Source of the DNA: Klebsormidium nitens
Lineage: Eukaryota > Plantae > Klebsormidiophyceae
Direction of reading: 5' to 3'
Assembly (NCBI GenBank): GCA_000708835.1
Contig: DF236994.1
Location: 124,001-188,000, forward strand
DNA: 64,000 bases
Position numbers and translations under genes: made by a program. Under the pieces are notes generated by a model. The model was not told the DNA's origin and did no database searches. It was given only the letters and a program-made list of their open reading frames with translations. Of the stretch, positions 10,840 to 24,200 are shown piece by piece (position 1 is the first letter of the stretch; every line of letters begins with the position of its first letter).

Positions 10840-13800
10840 ATGTCGTCCACGATGGCGCTTCTTGAAAGGGCGAGCATTCCGCTAGGGAAAGGTCTGCTTG
10901 GCCCCCCGTATGTCCAGCTGCCAAAGCTGCACTCGGGGCACTGCGGGAAAGCAACCATTCTCAGGGGATCTATAACCCAGCCGTTCGGCGAGGGTCCCAA
11001 TGCCGCAGTTGCAGATCACAGGAGGGAGCCGACTGCAAATCTTGCGTTTGCATTTTCTGTGCTGCTCAGCGGCCCAGACAGACAAAGCAAGAAGCAGAAA
11101 CGTGCTCGGGGACAGAAGCAGGTGTGCCACGCCCGTGCAAATGAGCACCCAAGCTTGGGCAGTTTGCAGCACTGGGCGAGGCGGCGGAGGGCTACGCCTT
11201 TGCAACCGAGGAGCGAGGTTGAGGAATGGGGGTGGGGATCTGGTTCTGATAGGTTGGACACGGCAAGCCATGTGACTCTGGCGACAGGGACTCCGACCCC
11301 GTCACTTCCTTTTGCTAGTGCAAGGTGAGCTCAGCGCTCCTTCCCTTCCATTTCTGCATCTTGTTGAATGTTTTGTTTGCAACTTGTAACAATGCTGGTT
11401 CACCTTATTGCTCTGAAGTGTGTTGAATCAACAAGGATCTCACGAGGGGAGGTTTCTTGAAATTCGTTGCTGAAAGAAGCGCTGTGTTAACAGTTCCTCG
11501 TTCAGAAGTATGGTATGCTGAGTTGTCATACTATCGGGAGACTGGGGACGGTGGACCAGCACAAACTGGTTACAATTTGAAGCGACCCGGGCTCCTTTAT
11601 GTTGGATCTAAAAGCCTCTTTGCTGCATCGAAGTTGGAGGTCCTGTCACTGGTGGTTCACATTTTTGCCACCAGCGATATGCAAATTCTGTTTGCGTCGG
11701 CTACGAGGTCTAAGATCTAACGCGACTGACACATACAAGAGTATAACTCAACTGCAGAAAGGAAGATCATGGCCCCGTCCTTTTTGCTCCCATTGCAACG
11801 GAAAATCTGTGAGGCAATGCCTGATAGCCATTATTTGCAGCTTTTTTATTGCTCTGCTCAATTTTTGTTCCAATGGACGCAGCTCAGAGCAAGTTTTCGG
11901 CCATGCTTGAAATGCTGCAGATTGTCGGTGGCAGCGCGCTTCAATCCTCGCTAAAGTGCACCAAATGGCAGAGAAATTGGTTTTGCCCTGCAAAATTGAT
12001 GGCAATTATTCAGCACACTCAACAACTTAAGTTTGTTGAACGCACTGTTGGCACTTCAAATGTTATTCACATCTCCGAGCCTGCTGACTGGCAATCTCCG
12101 AATGAATGCAGGCCCAGAATTTTCGAGGAAGTGCCAGCCTCAGCCCGTCAAATGAAGATGAATTGCGTGCCCCCTCTTCGCGACATTCCCCCACAAAGAG
12201 GTGAGGTACAAGGCGTCTGTATGTGTGCAGTATAACGTCTATTTGGGATTGAGTCGATAGAAATACTTGTGATTTGGCAGTGGTGCGAAGGCTCATGAGT
12301 AATTATGCAGGACACTGTGGACGCAAAGAGGGATCTCAATCAGTCATCCCAAATGGGTCTCAAACGGGCAGCAGCACTTCAAGAACTCTCTGATAACCGG
12401 CCAATTAGGAGTCAGGACATGAGTTAGTAAATGTTATGGCGTATCTACTAGATCCATGAGTATTTGCATTGATCTTCCCCCGCCTCATCAAACGCCTTAC
12501 ACGAATGTGCCCCTGCAGATACAGGGATTGCGAGCGAGCAGGAATGGAGCATCGACCTAGTGAACGTAAAATGGGGCCGGGAGACAGGAATCAACGAGGA
12601 CGGGAGCACGTGGTGGAAAGAAAGCGGGGAAGATTTGGGAGAAAACGGGTTCCGGAGTCGGTGGACAGTCATGGGGGGCAGGAACAAGGACGGGACTTCA
12701 GAGTGGAAGGAGACGGTGAGTATACTGTCAGTGCTGAGATGTGATTTTGTTTTTTCTCAGGGGTGTTAAGAAGGGGATACCGATTCACTCGATGGTGGGG
12801 CGCGGCAGCTGTGAGGTTCCGTTGCGATTGCAGCGGTCTGATCACTGGAAGGACAGGCTGCAATGTTGAGGATGCTTGAGAAGTGGTTGAATAAACCTAG
12901 TCTAAGAGAGCTGACGTGCAGTAGTGTTGCAAGGGCAAAGAAAAGCAAGGTCGTTCGCTTCATTGTGTGGCAGGAAAAATTTTCACGGTTGAGCTTTGCT
13001 GCTTGATTACCTCCTTACTTGCTCTGAAGAATTCGACACCCTTTCTATAATTCTTCAGCAAAAGGACAGTCAGAAGCCGTGAAAGTGCGACGTTGGTTGG
13101 AGAACCTGCATTGTAGCCCAAGCGGTACTTTTTTTGATGCGTGCACTCACCGGTACTGACTATTTTGCGTGCAGTGGTGGGAGAAGAGCGATTGGACCGG
13201 GTACCGGGAGTTGGGCGCCGAGAAGTCGGGACGAAATGCGCCGGGGGACAGCTGGTGGGAGACGTGGCAGGAGGTCTTTAGACAAGACGAATGGAGGTGA
13301 GGCAGACCAGCGTTCGCAAAATCAGGGCAGTTGTGGGGGCCACTCGTGTGGCACTGAAATCGGGGGCCTACCAGTACTGTCAGGTCTGGGTTAGAAGCAG
13401 CTTCAACAATGCTCCTTGATCTTGTTTGACAATGGAGGGGTTGATTGTTCGTTCATGGAGGAAGTATGACGAAAAAGCATCGGAAGCATCGGAAGCAGGA
13501 TGAAGAGGTGAGGGTACACAAAGGGTCGGAACGAGGTTGTTCTGAAACTGGATGGGTTTACTCGGCAAACCTTGGACTGTGTGAGTACAAGTTGTCGGAT
13601 TTTTACAAGATGGTGAGACCAGGCTGTGTAAGCTTTGCACGCGTTTGTAGGGTGTTGACATTCTGATGCAAGTGCGAAGGCAAGACCCGCGAGCTTGTGC
13701 TGTGTGCAGCCAGTAGGGGCCGCTCTAAGTTCAGACATGGTCAATGGGGCAGCTTAGTAGTTATTGAGCGGATGCATAGACTTATGCTGGACGCTGTGCA

Positions 13801-16395
13801 AGGTGTCGTCAAGCCTGCATCGGAAGTGCTCCTTGGATCCAGATGCAAGAATTGTCTCACCGCATTTTTGTTGCATGCTGATTGGGACAGTCATTTGGGG
13901 AGCTGCGTAATAGAAGAAGTTGCCAGTCGAAGCCATCGCGAGGGCAACAGAAGGCCTGGTCTAAAGGAGGCTTGCTCTAAAGCCTGGCTCGTCAGTCGAA
14001 CTAACATTGGGGCCTTTGCTGTGCTCGCAGTGGGTTGACGCGGATAGAAAAGAGCGCCCACAAGCAGGCCAAGTCCAAGTCGGGAGGGGTGTGGAACGAG
14101 AAGTGGTGGGAGAAGTACAACGCCAAGGGCTGGACCGAGAAGGGCGCGCACAAGTACGGCAAGCTGAACGACCAGGCGTGGTGGGAGAAGTGGGGTGAAC
14201 AATACGATGGCCGGGGCGCAGTCGTCAAGTGGTGAGCGCACTGGGTGTTCCTCTCGGACCAGATGGCTTTGGTGATTCGAAAGTCTAGTTGGACATTGGG
14301 AGCGCGTTGTCGTCAGTTTACGGTGGGCGTTTAGAGTCGGGGGGCGAATGCTGCTGCGTTTGGAACATGGCAGTTTTTCGAGCGAGAAGCAAGCGTGAAA
14401 AGAAGTGTGGAAAGCCATTCCTGCGGACTGTTGCCTGTGAGAATCTACGCCAGGATCCTTTCGAGCTGACCTAAGAGAAAGTAAATTGTATTTGGAAGTC
14501 TTCTGGTTTGTCCGCGCTTCATTTTGGTAAAGTTCTAGCAGTTACCATACTGAGAAATGTCCGCCAACAAAGCAACTTGTTGCCAAATTCTGAGCTACTC
14601 ATTGCATAGGACCTCGGCTCTCTTAAGAGCAGGTTCTGTGCCGTTGGTTTCCCCTCCGAAACATACAAACACGTCTGAGCTCTGAGCGAGCCCTGGGGGA
14701 TCGAATGCAATGGAAGTGACTGTCGCAGAACGCTTTCGTCTCTGCTTCTGGTTGCTGGGTCCTGCTGAGCTCTTGCCTCTTGACATCAGTCGATTTCGGC
14801 GATTTTGGCATTTGCTGATTCGTGAAGCCCTGCATCTGTCAAGCTTTTGCATGAAAGTCGATGACACGGGCTTACTGTCAGCCGCCACTTGCCACGTGTA
14901 TATGCACGCCGAGCTGTGCAGCTTCACAAATCACGCAAGTGCGCATGTCTTCAACGGTTCTCGGAAGCTTTGCGAAAAGCTTTTATGTCTTACAGACGCT
15001 TACCTGGATCCAATTCCGACCGCTGTCGAGACCAACAAGCTGCGGAACTCGCGTGGTGTCCCGTAGTTTTTCAAAGCTGTGCATAGAGCTCTTTGAATAG
15101 TGGCACATTATAACATGAATCAGACGCTTACCTCGAGCCGATTGCTACCGCCTTTCAGGACGGACAAGTGGGCGGAGAGCTCGATGGGGACGCGGTGGGG
15201 CGACAAGTGGGAGGAGCGCTTTGACCGGGGGAAGGGCATGCGCAACGGGGAGACGTGGCACGTCAAGGAGAACGGCGAGCGGTGGAACCGCACATGGGGC
15301 GAGCGGCACGACGGGTCCGGCCTCGTGCAGAAGTTTGGGCGGAGCTCCTCCGGGGAATCGTGGGACATCGAACAGGAGGAGAACACGTACTACGAGTGAG
15401 GGCGCCGGCTGTCTTTCTTCGGAAGAGTCGTTGTAGCTGTTGTTGTAATTCTAGTTTCTTAGACAAAGGGTGTAGCTGTGCTTCCTTGAAGAGTCGGTGT
15501 AGCTGTGCTGTTGTGAAAGGTCGGCGTGCTGCCGCAAGGGGTGCTTCTGGGTTTACATTCCAGGTATGTTTAATGCAGAAAGCGAAGCGTTAACGGGACT
15601 CTGACGAGCTCCCCAGTCTTCCTGTGTTACGGATTGGTTGTAGCGTTGACTTAGAGGTGGTGTAGTCCAACGGTCGACTTGTGCGGTTGTCCCAGTAGTC
15701 CAAAGATTTGTGCCGGCGGCGAGCATGGGGCGGCTGCTATACTGTCGCCTGAGCAGATATTGTTGGATCCCTTTCTTGGCGCCTTTCAGAGCCTCTGTTG
15801 TCAGCTTATGTCAAGATAGATACACGCGGTTGCAGAGCATCGTTCGCGGGAAGCTCGCTGCCACTTTTGCACAGAAGGACTTGTGACGTCGTATGCTTGT
15901 GGGTCACCTTCTCGACATCGAGGCAGCTCCGACCCGTTCCTGTTCCTCCTGATTCTAAACGCAACGTTACAAGCTTTTGTGGGCTCACCCAGCTTTTGAC
16001 CCGTTTCTTTACCTTATGATCTCACGCGACATTAGAAGCTCGTGGGCTCATCTTCTTGCCCATAAGGCAGCTCTTGAACCGTGCGTTCGTTTCTGTTTTC
16101 CAGCGCACAGCCGCACTACGGCTGGGCCGAAGCGGTGGCAAATTCTTTGCAGCTGCTGGCCATCGAGATCAGGCCAAAGCCCCCGGCAGGCCCCCCGAGC
16201 GCCCCGGGGGAGCCATCGTCCAGCGGGGCACCGAGCGCGGCTTCCGACGAGTCGGGGTTGACGTCAGAGTCGGGGGTGACGTCATCAGAGGGGGCGGAGA
16301 GCGTCTCGTCGCAGGGTAGCCAGGGCTCTTCCGAAACGCCCACGTCTTCGAACGCTCCGCCCTCAACGGAGCCACCCCCTCCCCCGGGCACGTAG
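10840..16395 (+). CDS. ESV1: EARLY STARVATION 1, Trp-rich starch-granule protein
   Basis: Exons ~10840-11324, ~12118-12200, 12519-12715, 13175-13296, 14031-14231, 15159-15395, 16104-16395. Motifs RDTGIASEQEWSIDL, WWEKSDWTGYRELG, WWEKYNAKGWTEKGAHKYG, PHYGWAEAV. The Pro-rich C-terminal tail favours ESV1 over LESV. Confidence 0.92.
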
Positions 16396-17442
16396 ATTCA
16401 CCCCCCGGTTGCGCTGTACATTTGATCGCTAAGCAACCGGCAAATTCATGGGCTAGGGTAGGGTCGCTTCCGCAGAGCGCGGCAGCGCATGTTTCGGGGC
16501 GGTCGCTGCTTGCAAAGCCGAGACGCATTGTCTCATGTGCTAGCAGTCTAGGACAGAGCAGTCCTGTCGAGCCCGTCGTTTTGTCAGTCAGGTCTCCAAA
16601 CGTGCTAAGTGGGAGCTCGAGCAGCCCCTTCATCAATTCGACGTCAGTGCTTGTTGACCCTTTTATTAGCGTAGACTGATTGGCGATGTCGTAGCATTGA
16701 GAGCTGTTCTTTGGTGACCACTTCTCGCGGGAACTCTGCAGATGAAAGAAAAGCCTAGGCTCCAAGGCTTATAATGGAAACTCTGCAAGATCCGAGTTCT
16801 ACTCGAATGGAACAAAAAGTTGCCACGCATTGAGTACCTAGTCAAATCATCGATTCGGATTTCGAGATCGATCTGCATAATGATCCTAGAAAACACGTGG
16901 TTCGTATGCAAACCTGTGGAATATGGTCGTCAATGAAGTCGAGCGCGTCGGAGCAGGAACAAGCATGTGAGACCTGGTTGAGGAGTTTACCATCCGTTCA
17001 AGTTTTGAGTAGATTTCCGATGAAGGGTGACAACATAGGGCCCGAAGGATCGTGCACGCACTGGCACGTGCTTGGTTGAGCACCATTATGTGTGCATAGC
17101 ACGTGCTTCTCAAGTGACCGGCCCTTGACTGGGGCACCGTAGAGATCATGCATCTTAAATATGCTTACTAGGGTTAGTACGTGGTCACTCGGTAAATCGT
17201 GCACGATTTCTATGTACATCGCCGGTTCGATTGGATGTGCTACGCACTCCAGAATCACTTACACCGTCCTCACCAAAAAGGACAGCTATCTTGATGCGTG
17301 CTCGTGCAGGATTCACTGAGCAATCAAAGTAGCAGCAGAATTGGCTCTGGCAAATTGATTGCTTGGCTGCCCAACTTGAAAAACCCGCTGATCCCCGCGC
17401 CGGCCAGCATCTTATCTATTCACGTACGTATCTTGCCATCTT

Positions 17443-19939
17443 TCAAAAGTTCCGGCGGATCAAACTTCCCCCAGACACCACCGGGCGCTTCATTTTCTCA
17501 TCCAAGAAGAAAGGAGAATATCGAGCGGCTAGTTCAATTTCACTCGGAGGGTGTGCTCCTGGTCTCCCGGCAATTGCCTTAAGGACCTTCCCACAAAGTT
17601 TTCTGTACAGCGCCCTCTCCCCTGTTTCTCTTGCCTTTGCCCTACTTACCCTAGAGTCGTACCGCAGGGCTAGAAGAGTGGCCGCTGATAAGCCCACTAC
17701 TAACGCGTTCGGAATGCGTATAAGTCAGTGCCGAACTGATGGCAACAAAGCCAAAGCTACACAAAAAGCCGCTCGGGGCCGTGACGTGATTCTTCCAAGG
17801 AAATTGTCCCGGTTATCTGCGTTCATGTTTGCTCTGTTCAGGTCACGGGCATCGTATTCATGCCGTTGAAACAACTGCAGCAGCTCCGCAGCCGTTTCCG
17901 GACTCCACTCCAATTCCTCCAAAGCGTAAGCCGTCCGGAGGTCCTCAGCAATGTGAGCCCGTGCCACGTCAGCAGCTTGCTTGAAGCCCGGACACTGTCC
18001 CGGATGAGGCGAGTTGCAGCTCGGCGCTCGCGGAAACGGCGTGGTCCCGATTGCCGAGAAGCGTTACAACGGCGCCCATTAGTGACGGCACTCCAAACTT
18101 GTCGGAAATAAGAAGAAGATTTACGAGGTCGCATACGGGCGTTGTGGGCTCTTGCACGCTAGGCGAAAGTGTGCCGCAGTACAGGAAGCAGAGCATCTCC
18201 TTGAAAGCCTGGCTTTCTGCAAAAAGGACGGGGAGCCTCAATCATGACATACCAGCATGGCTATGTAGTGATTAGTTTCGTACGACTATCCGCTTTTCAG
18301 CCACTGAGAAAAGGGACCGGAAAAAGGTGGGCTGCGCTCGTTCTGCAGTCCTCAATCAAATCATTCACACCGTAGTTCTGACTCAAAGACCTCACACTTT
18401 CCTACTCGTCTTGAACGAACAGAAGGGCTCAGGTAGCTGCCAATCCGCTTGCGATGCATAGGGCCAAAAACCTCTGGCCTTCGGTTACATACTAACCTCC
18501 GTGTCAACCTTTGTCAGCCGTAACAGCACCTCGAGAGAAATCCATAACGTGAGTGGCGCTAATGCAGCACATCGCTCGCTCTTCGAAGTCAACGATGATG
18601 CGGAAGTGCGCACTGTTACGGTCTTGGAGGCACGCGGAAGGGACACGACAAAGCTCACGCACCTTTGTTTGTTACCTTTACGATCAGTGGCGTGTCTTTG
18701 TCGGACTCTCTCATCCCGTTGGACATCATGGTGCGCAGCACACGGCTCTTCGCAGCAAGCACGATTGAGTTGACGGGAATCTTCTCGACGTGAGGAGGGA
18801 GGGTGTCTGTGAAGAAAGCAAACGCATCTCGCACGGCAACAACGCAAGACTGCACCTCTTTCGATCGGATGTCTGGTGTTGGGAGGCGGAGGAAGCGCTA
18901 AGCTGGGATGGGCCAAGTCTTGAAAAAAGCAAGAGGGGTTTGGAGATGCATGAGGTGAGTAGCACTATAGCAGCACAATGCTCATTCGCTTTTTGAAGAT
19001 AAGGACGATCAGCGGCTCTTGGTACCAATAGACAAACGATGTGCACCTTTTTCCAAGTGAACACTGCGCAGACTGATGGAGATTACATAACACTAGCGGC
19101 AGATCTGGGACGTTGCCGTCTTATTGCACATTGAGAAGGACGTCCCAAACGGACCTCGTACGGAACATCTGTCTTCCTTTGAGCTCTAGCGGCTTCAGGC
19201 CCTTTTTAAGAGGACGAGCCTAGTGAGGAACGGCATTCGGTCCAGACAAGCAGATCGTCGGCTTCTTGTTTGGACCCAACGCTGCTCGTTACAAGGCAAG
19301 TGAAAAGTCAAGACTGTGCAAACCTGTACCAGCTTAACGATTCTTGGGACGAGGCTCACCTCTCGAGCTATTTTTCCAAAGGGATCTCCAGTTGGATAAT
19401 CCGGTCACAAAACTCCTCTTTTCTGCAGCGACAAATATTGAGCGGACATTCATTCCCTTCGTTCCCAACAAAACGTGACATGTGGGAAACCATCAACAAC
19501 CGGAATGCTTGACCTTCCGGCTGGACGGTAGCTTCCACAAGATTGACAACCAAGCCGGTGTAAGATTAGAAATCAATCCGCAGTGTTTGCCTGCAACATG
19601 AATATCCCCCCCTCATAGTTGGAGGTCCCCTCTCATTCCCAAGTACAAGCAAAGTGGTCACATCCACCGACAGGGCCCTCTGAATCTGTGGCCTTTCGTT
19701 TGCATTCATTCTCCTTTTACCTGACCAAGGATCAAGGTCGAGGAAGTAAATGGTGCCAGAGAATTTGTGGGGCATTAATCCAATCCTGCTCACATCCTGT
19801 TGAAGAACCAACTCAGCAAATCCTGAACAAATTGTTCCAATGTGTCCAGCTCTTTTCGCACTCTTTAGCTGTCCTCACCCATGAAACGCAGAGAAGTCAA
19901 AGAAGTGGCCCTCTTCTTGCAGCTCAGGAGGGAGCGCAC
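17443..19939 (-). pseudogene. BTB/POZ-BACK protein (At2g46260-like family), disrupted
   Basis: Exons 19939-19879 and 19422-19360 give FDFSAFHGKEEFCDRIIQLEI; then VNSIVLAAKSRVLRTMMSNGMRES and LCFLYCG...LLISDKFGV. Lesions: stop at 19368-19370 (repaired by removing one A from an A5 run), frameshift near 18005, in-frame TGA at 17725. The 5' exon was not located. Confidence 0.75.
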
Positions 19940-21221
19940 CTGAGAGACGTCAACACAGCAAGCCAAACCTTACGAACCCATCTAGTATAAGCTAGGCACT
20001 TTGTCTGGCAAATATTCGGCGCTCTGATGCAGCTTTGTAAGTCTAGCTGGAGCAAAGGCACACATAAACATAGAAGGTGGCATATGCCAGAGTTCTTGTC
20101 ACAGACTGCATTAAGTGCATCTTGAGGACCTCGATGTTTATCTGTGTAGGAAAGAAAGTGGGGCCTTAGTCTTTTGAGCTATAAAGCAGTGGTACAGGAG
20201 AGGGGGCTTCATGCAATGCGACTTTGCATCCGGGCCCCAGTGTATGTAACATGTGATGCCCCAGCTGCTGAAGAGAGGAAGAATAGCTGAAGCAAAGAAG
20301 CGAAGCATGCCTATCCATGCAACAGATGCCACGAAGAAGTTTCCCTCGATCAACTCAAATTTTCAGTTCTCCACTGGCACAGCTTTCAGTCCGGAACTGC
20401 ACTCACCTGGCTGCGCCATCCTGCACCAATGTTATGGTTGACGCAAGAGTCTGAATCCCCACTTGGACACTGTGGTTGGAAGTCCTGGTGGTCCTACTGA
20501 GGTCCTACCAACAGCTATATTGTTCTGGACGAAGTGCGCCTGGCCCCGGCGATCATGGCGCTGACCATTACATGATTACAGCGTGCTGACATCAGTCACA
20601 AATAATCCATAAAATGCATAATCTGCTGCCTGCGAGGTGGTCACATCTTCTCGTCAGAAGCGGATTCAAATCCTCAGATGCAATGTAAGATAAGGCGCGT
20701 TTCTACATTTCATTGCCAGACCTGGATTACCTAAGATGGTGGGAGCTCCTGAAGATACGTGACCATAAGTTGGCATGAATGATCGAACAGCTTGGGGGAT
20801 CACGCTGCTCGGAAGCTGAATGGCCGCTGCAACGTCTCAAGTGTCTACAGCCTGTAAGGCGTTGATAAAGCCTGCATCGACGGCCTAAAAGGAAAGCCAA
20901 TTATGAGGTCTCCACGTGTCAGCGACAGACTGGACCACTGTTGAAAATGGCGCGAATCAGATGGGCATCGATAATATGAGCTGCTGCTGGTGCTCGCTAG
21001 CTCAGTTGCTTTGTTGCTCATACGAGGCATTGCCTTAGGAGTTCAACGTTTGAAGTTGGTGGCGCTTTTATGCAAATGTGAATTCTCGATATAGTCTCGC
21101 TTCGTTTCAGGGCTTGCAGGCGCAGGCTCTCGAACCTTGAAGCTTACAGGTCTAGTGAATTTGCACTTTGTGCTCAGTTTGCCCGAATTGCTGGCTTCCT
21201 GGTGGCATTCCTGCGGCTGCC

Positions 21222-24200
21222 ATGGAATGCATTCTGAGCGGGACGCAGGTCAAGAGTTTCTGCAGAGCCGTCAACTGCTTAGCTCGAGTTGGGGCGGAGT
21301 TGCTGCTTGAAGCTCTTCCAGACAAGGTAAGATGCCAATTATTTATCCTGGAAGCGTCTTATCGCAATCCTTCCGAGAACAGGACTCTTTTCAATAGAAC
21401 CTGCAAGACATTGAAATTCCTCTGAGAATAGACCATTTCTCAATGGAAGCGGCAAAAACGAACTTGCATGAGCGCCATCCTGACTGTGGTGTCCCTGGCT
21501 TAACAGCTTGTATCAAGTCGTCCACTGTCACACACCATCGCAACCGAGATCGGGCTTGCAAAGACTGTTTCTGCAGGCTGAGAACACTATGCTTTCGCAG
21601 TTGATCTTGCGGACGCTCAACTCGTCACGTTCGGCCTTCTTGGAGATCTCGTACAAGACGCAGTTCTTTGACAGCTTCCAGACCTCGTCTCCTGTCGCAC
21701 AATGCAGTGTTCTACTAAAGGTGAGACAACTCATCACACAATTGTCAGTGAATGCAACACCTGGGAAGGCCAACCTAGAATTACCTCCACAATAAACATC
21801 ATCAGCTGCTATCAAAGGCCTCCGGTGAATCGGTCAGTTTGTCAAGATCAATTGAGTAAAAGTCAGAAAGAGCAAGTCTGATCGGTTCTGAATGGATCCA
21901 TCCAAATCCAGGATATGTAAGAATCATTCAGCTTTTGTGTGAACAAGAAAGTAGCCGGGTGCATCAAGCAGACTCTTGTGTTGAATGAAACCAGATTTGC
22001 AGGCGATAGGCCTGAGCCATGGATTGCACACTTGTACCAAGACGGGTGGGTTTTGCTTTGGACCATCTATTACAGTCAAATGGTTGCAATGCGGAGTCTC
22101 CAACGCTGACTAATGTGCTGATCTTCTTGGGCCATGACTTCTAGGCTAGTCAGTCTACCAGGATTCTGACATTTCTCGTCACTATATACCACCACCATTG
22201 CAAATTTGTAAGGTCAACCTAACGAGCTAGAGACACCTTCAGTATTCTGGCATAAGTACATTCGTGCCGGACACATGCCTCCAGAAGCAACCTTTCCGAA
22301 CAACTTCGTGCAGTCCGTCTGCACCGTGTTCCGAACGCCACCTAGCAACGTAGACCGCCTCAGCATCAGCATGCCGGTTGATGCAGCCAAGGTGCAATGG
22401 ACGATTGACTGCCTTGACGGTGAGAAACCTGCAGGCTGTCCTGAGTCTGTTGACGATTGAAAACTACCAACATTTTAAGAGAAGAAATATTTCCACCTTT
22501 CTCTTGAAATTTACTGCATCCTAGTATGTCCACTCATTGCCTTCCAGTTGATAAGATCTGTTTGCAAAAGGCAGGGGAAAAAGCCTCGAAAAGATCAGTC
22601 CTCTATTCAGCAAACGCACTTATATGTAGGCCTTTCATAAACCAACAAGTGGAAATATGGCTCCAGTTAAAATGAATGGCTTGAGAACCTTTAATAACCT
22701 TTATTAGGTGACTGCACGCAAAGGTGCACTTCTGGTCAACGCTGTCTTCTGATGTCACTTCCAAGTAACATCACAAGGAGATGAGCTCTTCATCACCCTG
22801 CAACCTTTGAATACGCTCTTCAAGCTTATGAAACTTTGAGAGCGTTCAACTTGATGAAGCAGATTACAGTACAACCGCACTCATACATCCTTCTTGCTGC
22901 TCCCACCTGCTGTTCGCTGCACCCTCGGCTGCTCAATCAGTTCCACATTTCCTGATATAAAGACGTTTCTACGACTCTTTGTTTATTTTCAGGTTCGCAT
23001 CACCTGTGCTCCTGCACTTTTGACAGCAAACCTCGAACCCCTTTTGACAGCAAACCTCGCAATTTGCAGCCAAACCCCCACTTTCCCTCGCTCTTTCACA
23101 GGCATCCGCAAGACGTACTGGATCTCGTGCAGCAACGACTGCGAGATCCTGCAAGCGGCGGTCGACCGCGGCACCTTCCCCAGTCACCTGGTGGTCAAGC
23201 CACGTGACCTGAGCCGGCTGCTGGCCAATTTCCAAGCGTCCCTGCAGGAGATCACCATCATTGCAACGGAGCCGGCGGCGACGCCCTACACCGAGGCGTC
23301 AGCGGGGACCGAGGCCAAGGCGGTCGAGATGCGCAGCTTCGTGGACCGGACAAAAGGTGAGAAGCTTAGAACAGGGCAGCGGCTAAATGGAAAGCTGCTG
23401 GGACTACATTCTTTCGACAAGGGGCTTTCGACTCAGCAAAAGGTCAGAGGGCCGCGCGGCCTGACTACTTTGAGGTAGTGCTCAAAGGTCACCTTGTTTA
23501 GTTCACCCTCTCGTCTCCTTGTCTGATTGCGCTGGGCGTTTCCGGTGAATCAGCAGGCGCAGTGTCATTGTTGCTATGTTTGTATCGTTTCAGGATGGCT
23601 TGTTGTCTTTTACTTAGGCCGCCAGCTTCCTAGTAAGAGTTTCCCGCACTTCGGATCTTCGTAAGACATTCACTTGTCTTGTCACCTCACGAAAGAAGGT
23701 CTCTTCCCATCTACTTTCGGAGTTTCCCCCAAACTCGAGCGCCGCTGGCATAATCAAACGTTCTCGAAGGCGCAGTAGTCGTACACCTTTCTTCCTATGC
23801 ACCGGCGTTCGGAATAGGACTCTGCCGAGACCATCAAGTCCCCCACCTTCCTCCCCCAGTTTTGGTGATTCTTTTGCTTCGGCCAAAGTCGTCATGCTCC
23901 GCCGTTTGCAGAGGCGACAGACGGCGCCCTGCACACGCAGCTGTGGATCGATCCTGCAGAGGAGCTTCAGGAGTATTTCCACCAGGGAGAAGCAGTCGAC
24001 GTCACGTTCAGTGTGAAGGAGCTCAAGGTCAGTTCCGAGACCTTCTGAACGTGAACCGATATGCGGAGCACACGGCGCCGCTCCTTGGTTCGCTGAACAA
24101 CGGGAATGTTCGGTGTGTCGTTCCCCGTGAAACTGAAACGGTTGGGACGGACGGAAACCTCCTCGTCATTTTTCATCAGAAACAAACGTTCCTCCACAAA

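Noticed and set aside
9550-16765. Many ORFs antisense or out of frame to the lumen-protein and ESV1 exons
   Set aside because: Shadow ORFs of GC-rich coding exons. The same applies to the RAD9, IFRD, RFT1 and retrotransposon regions.
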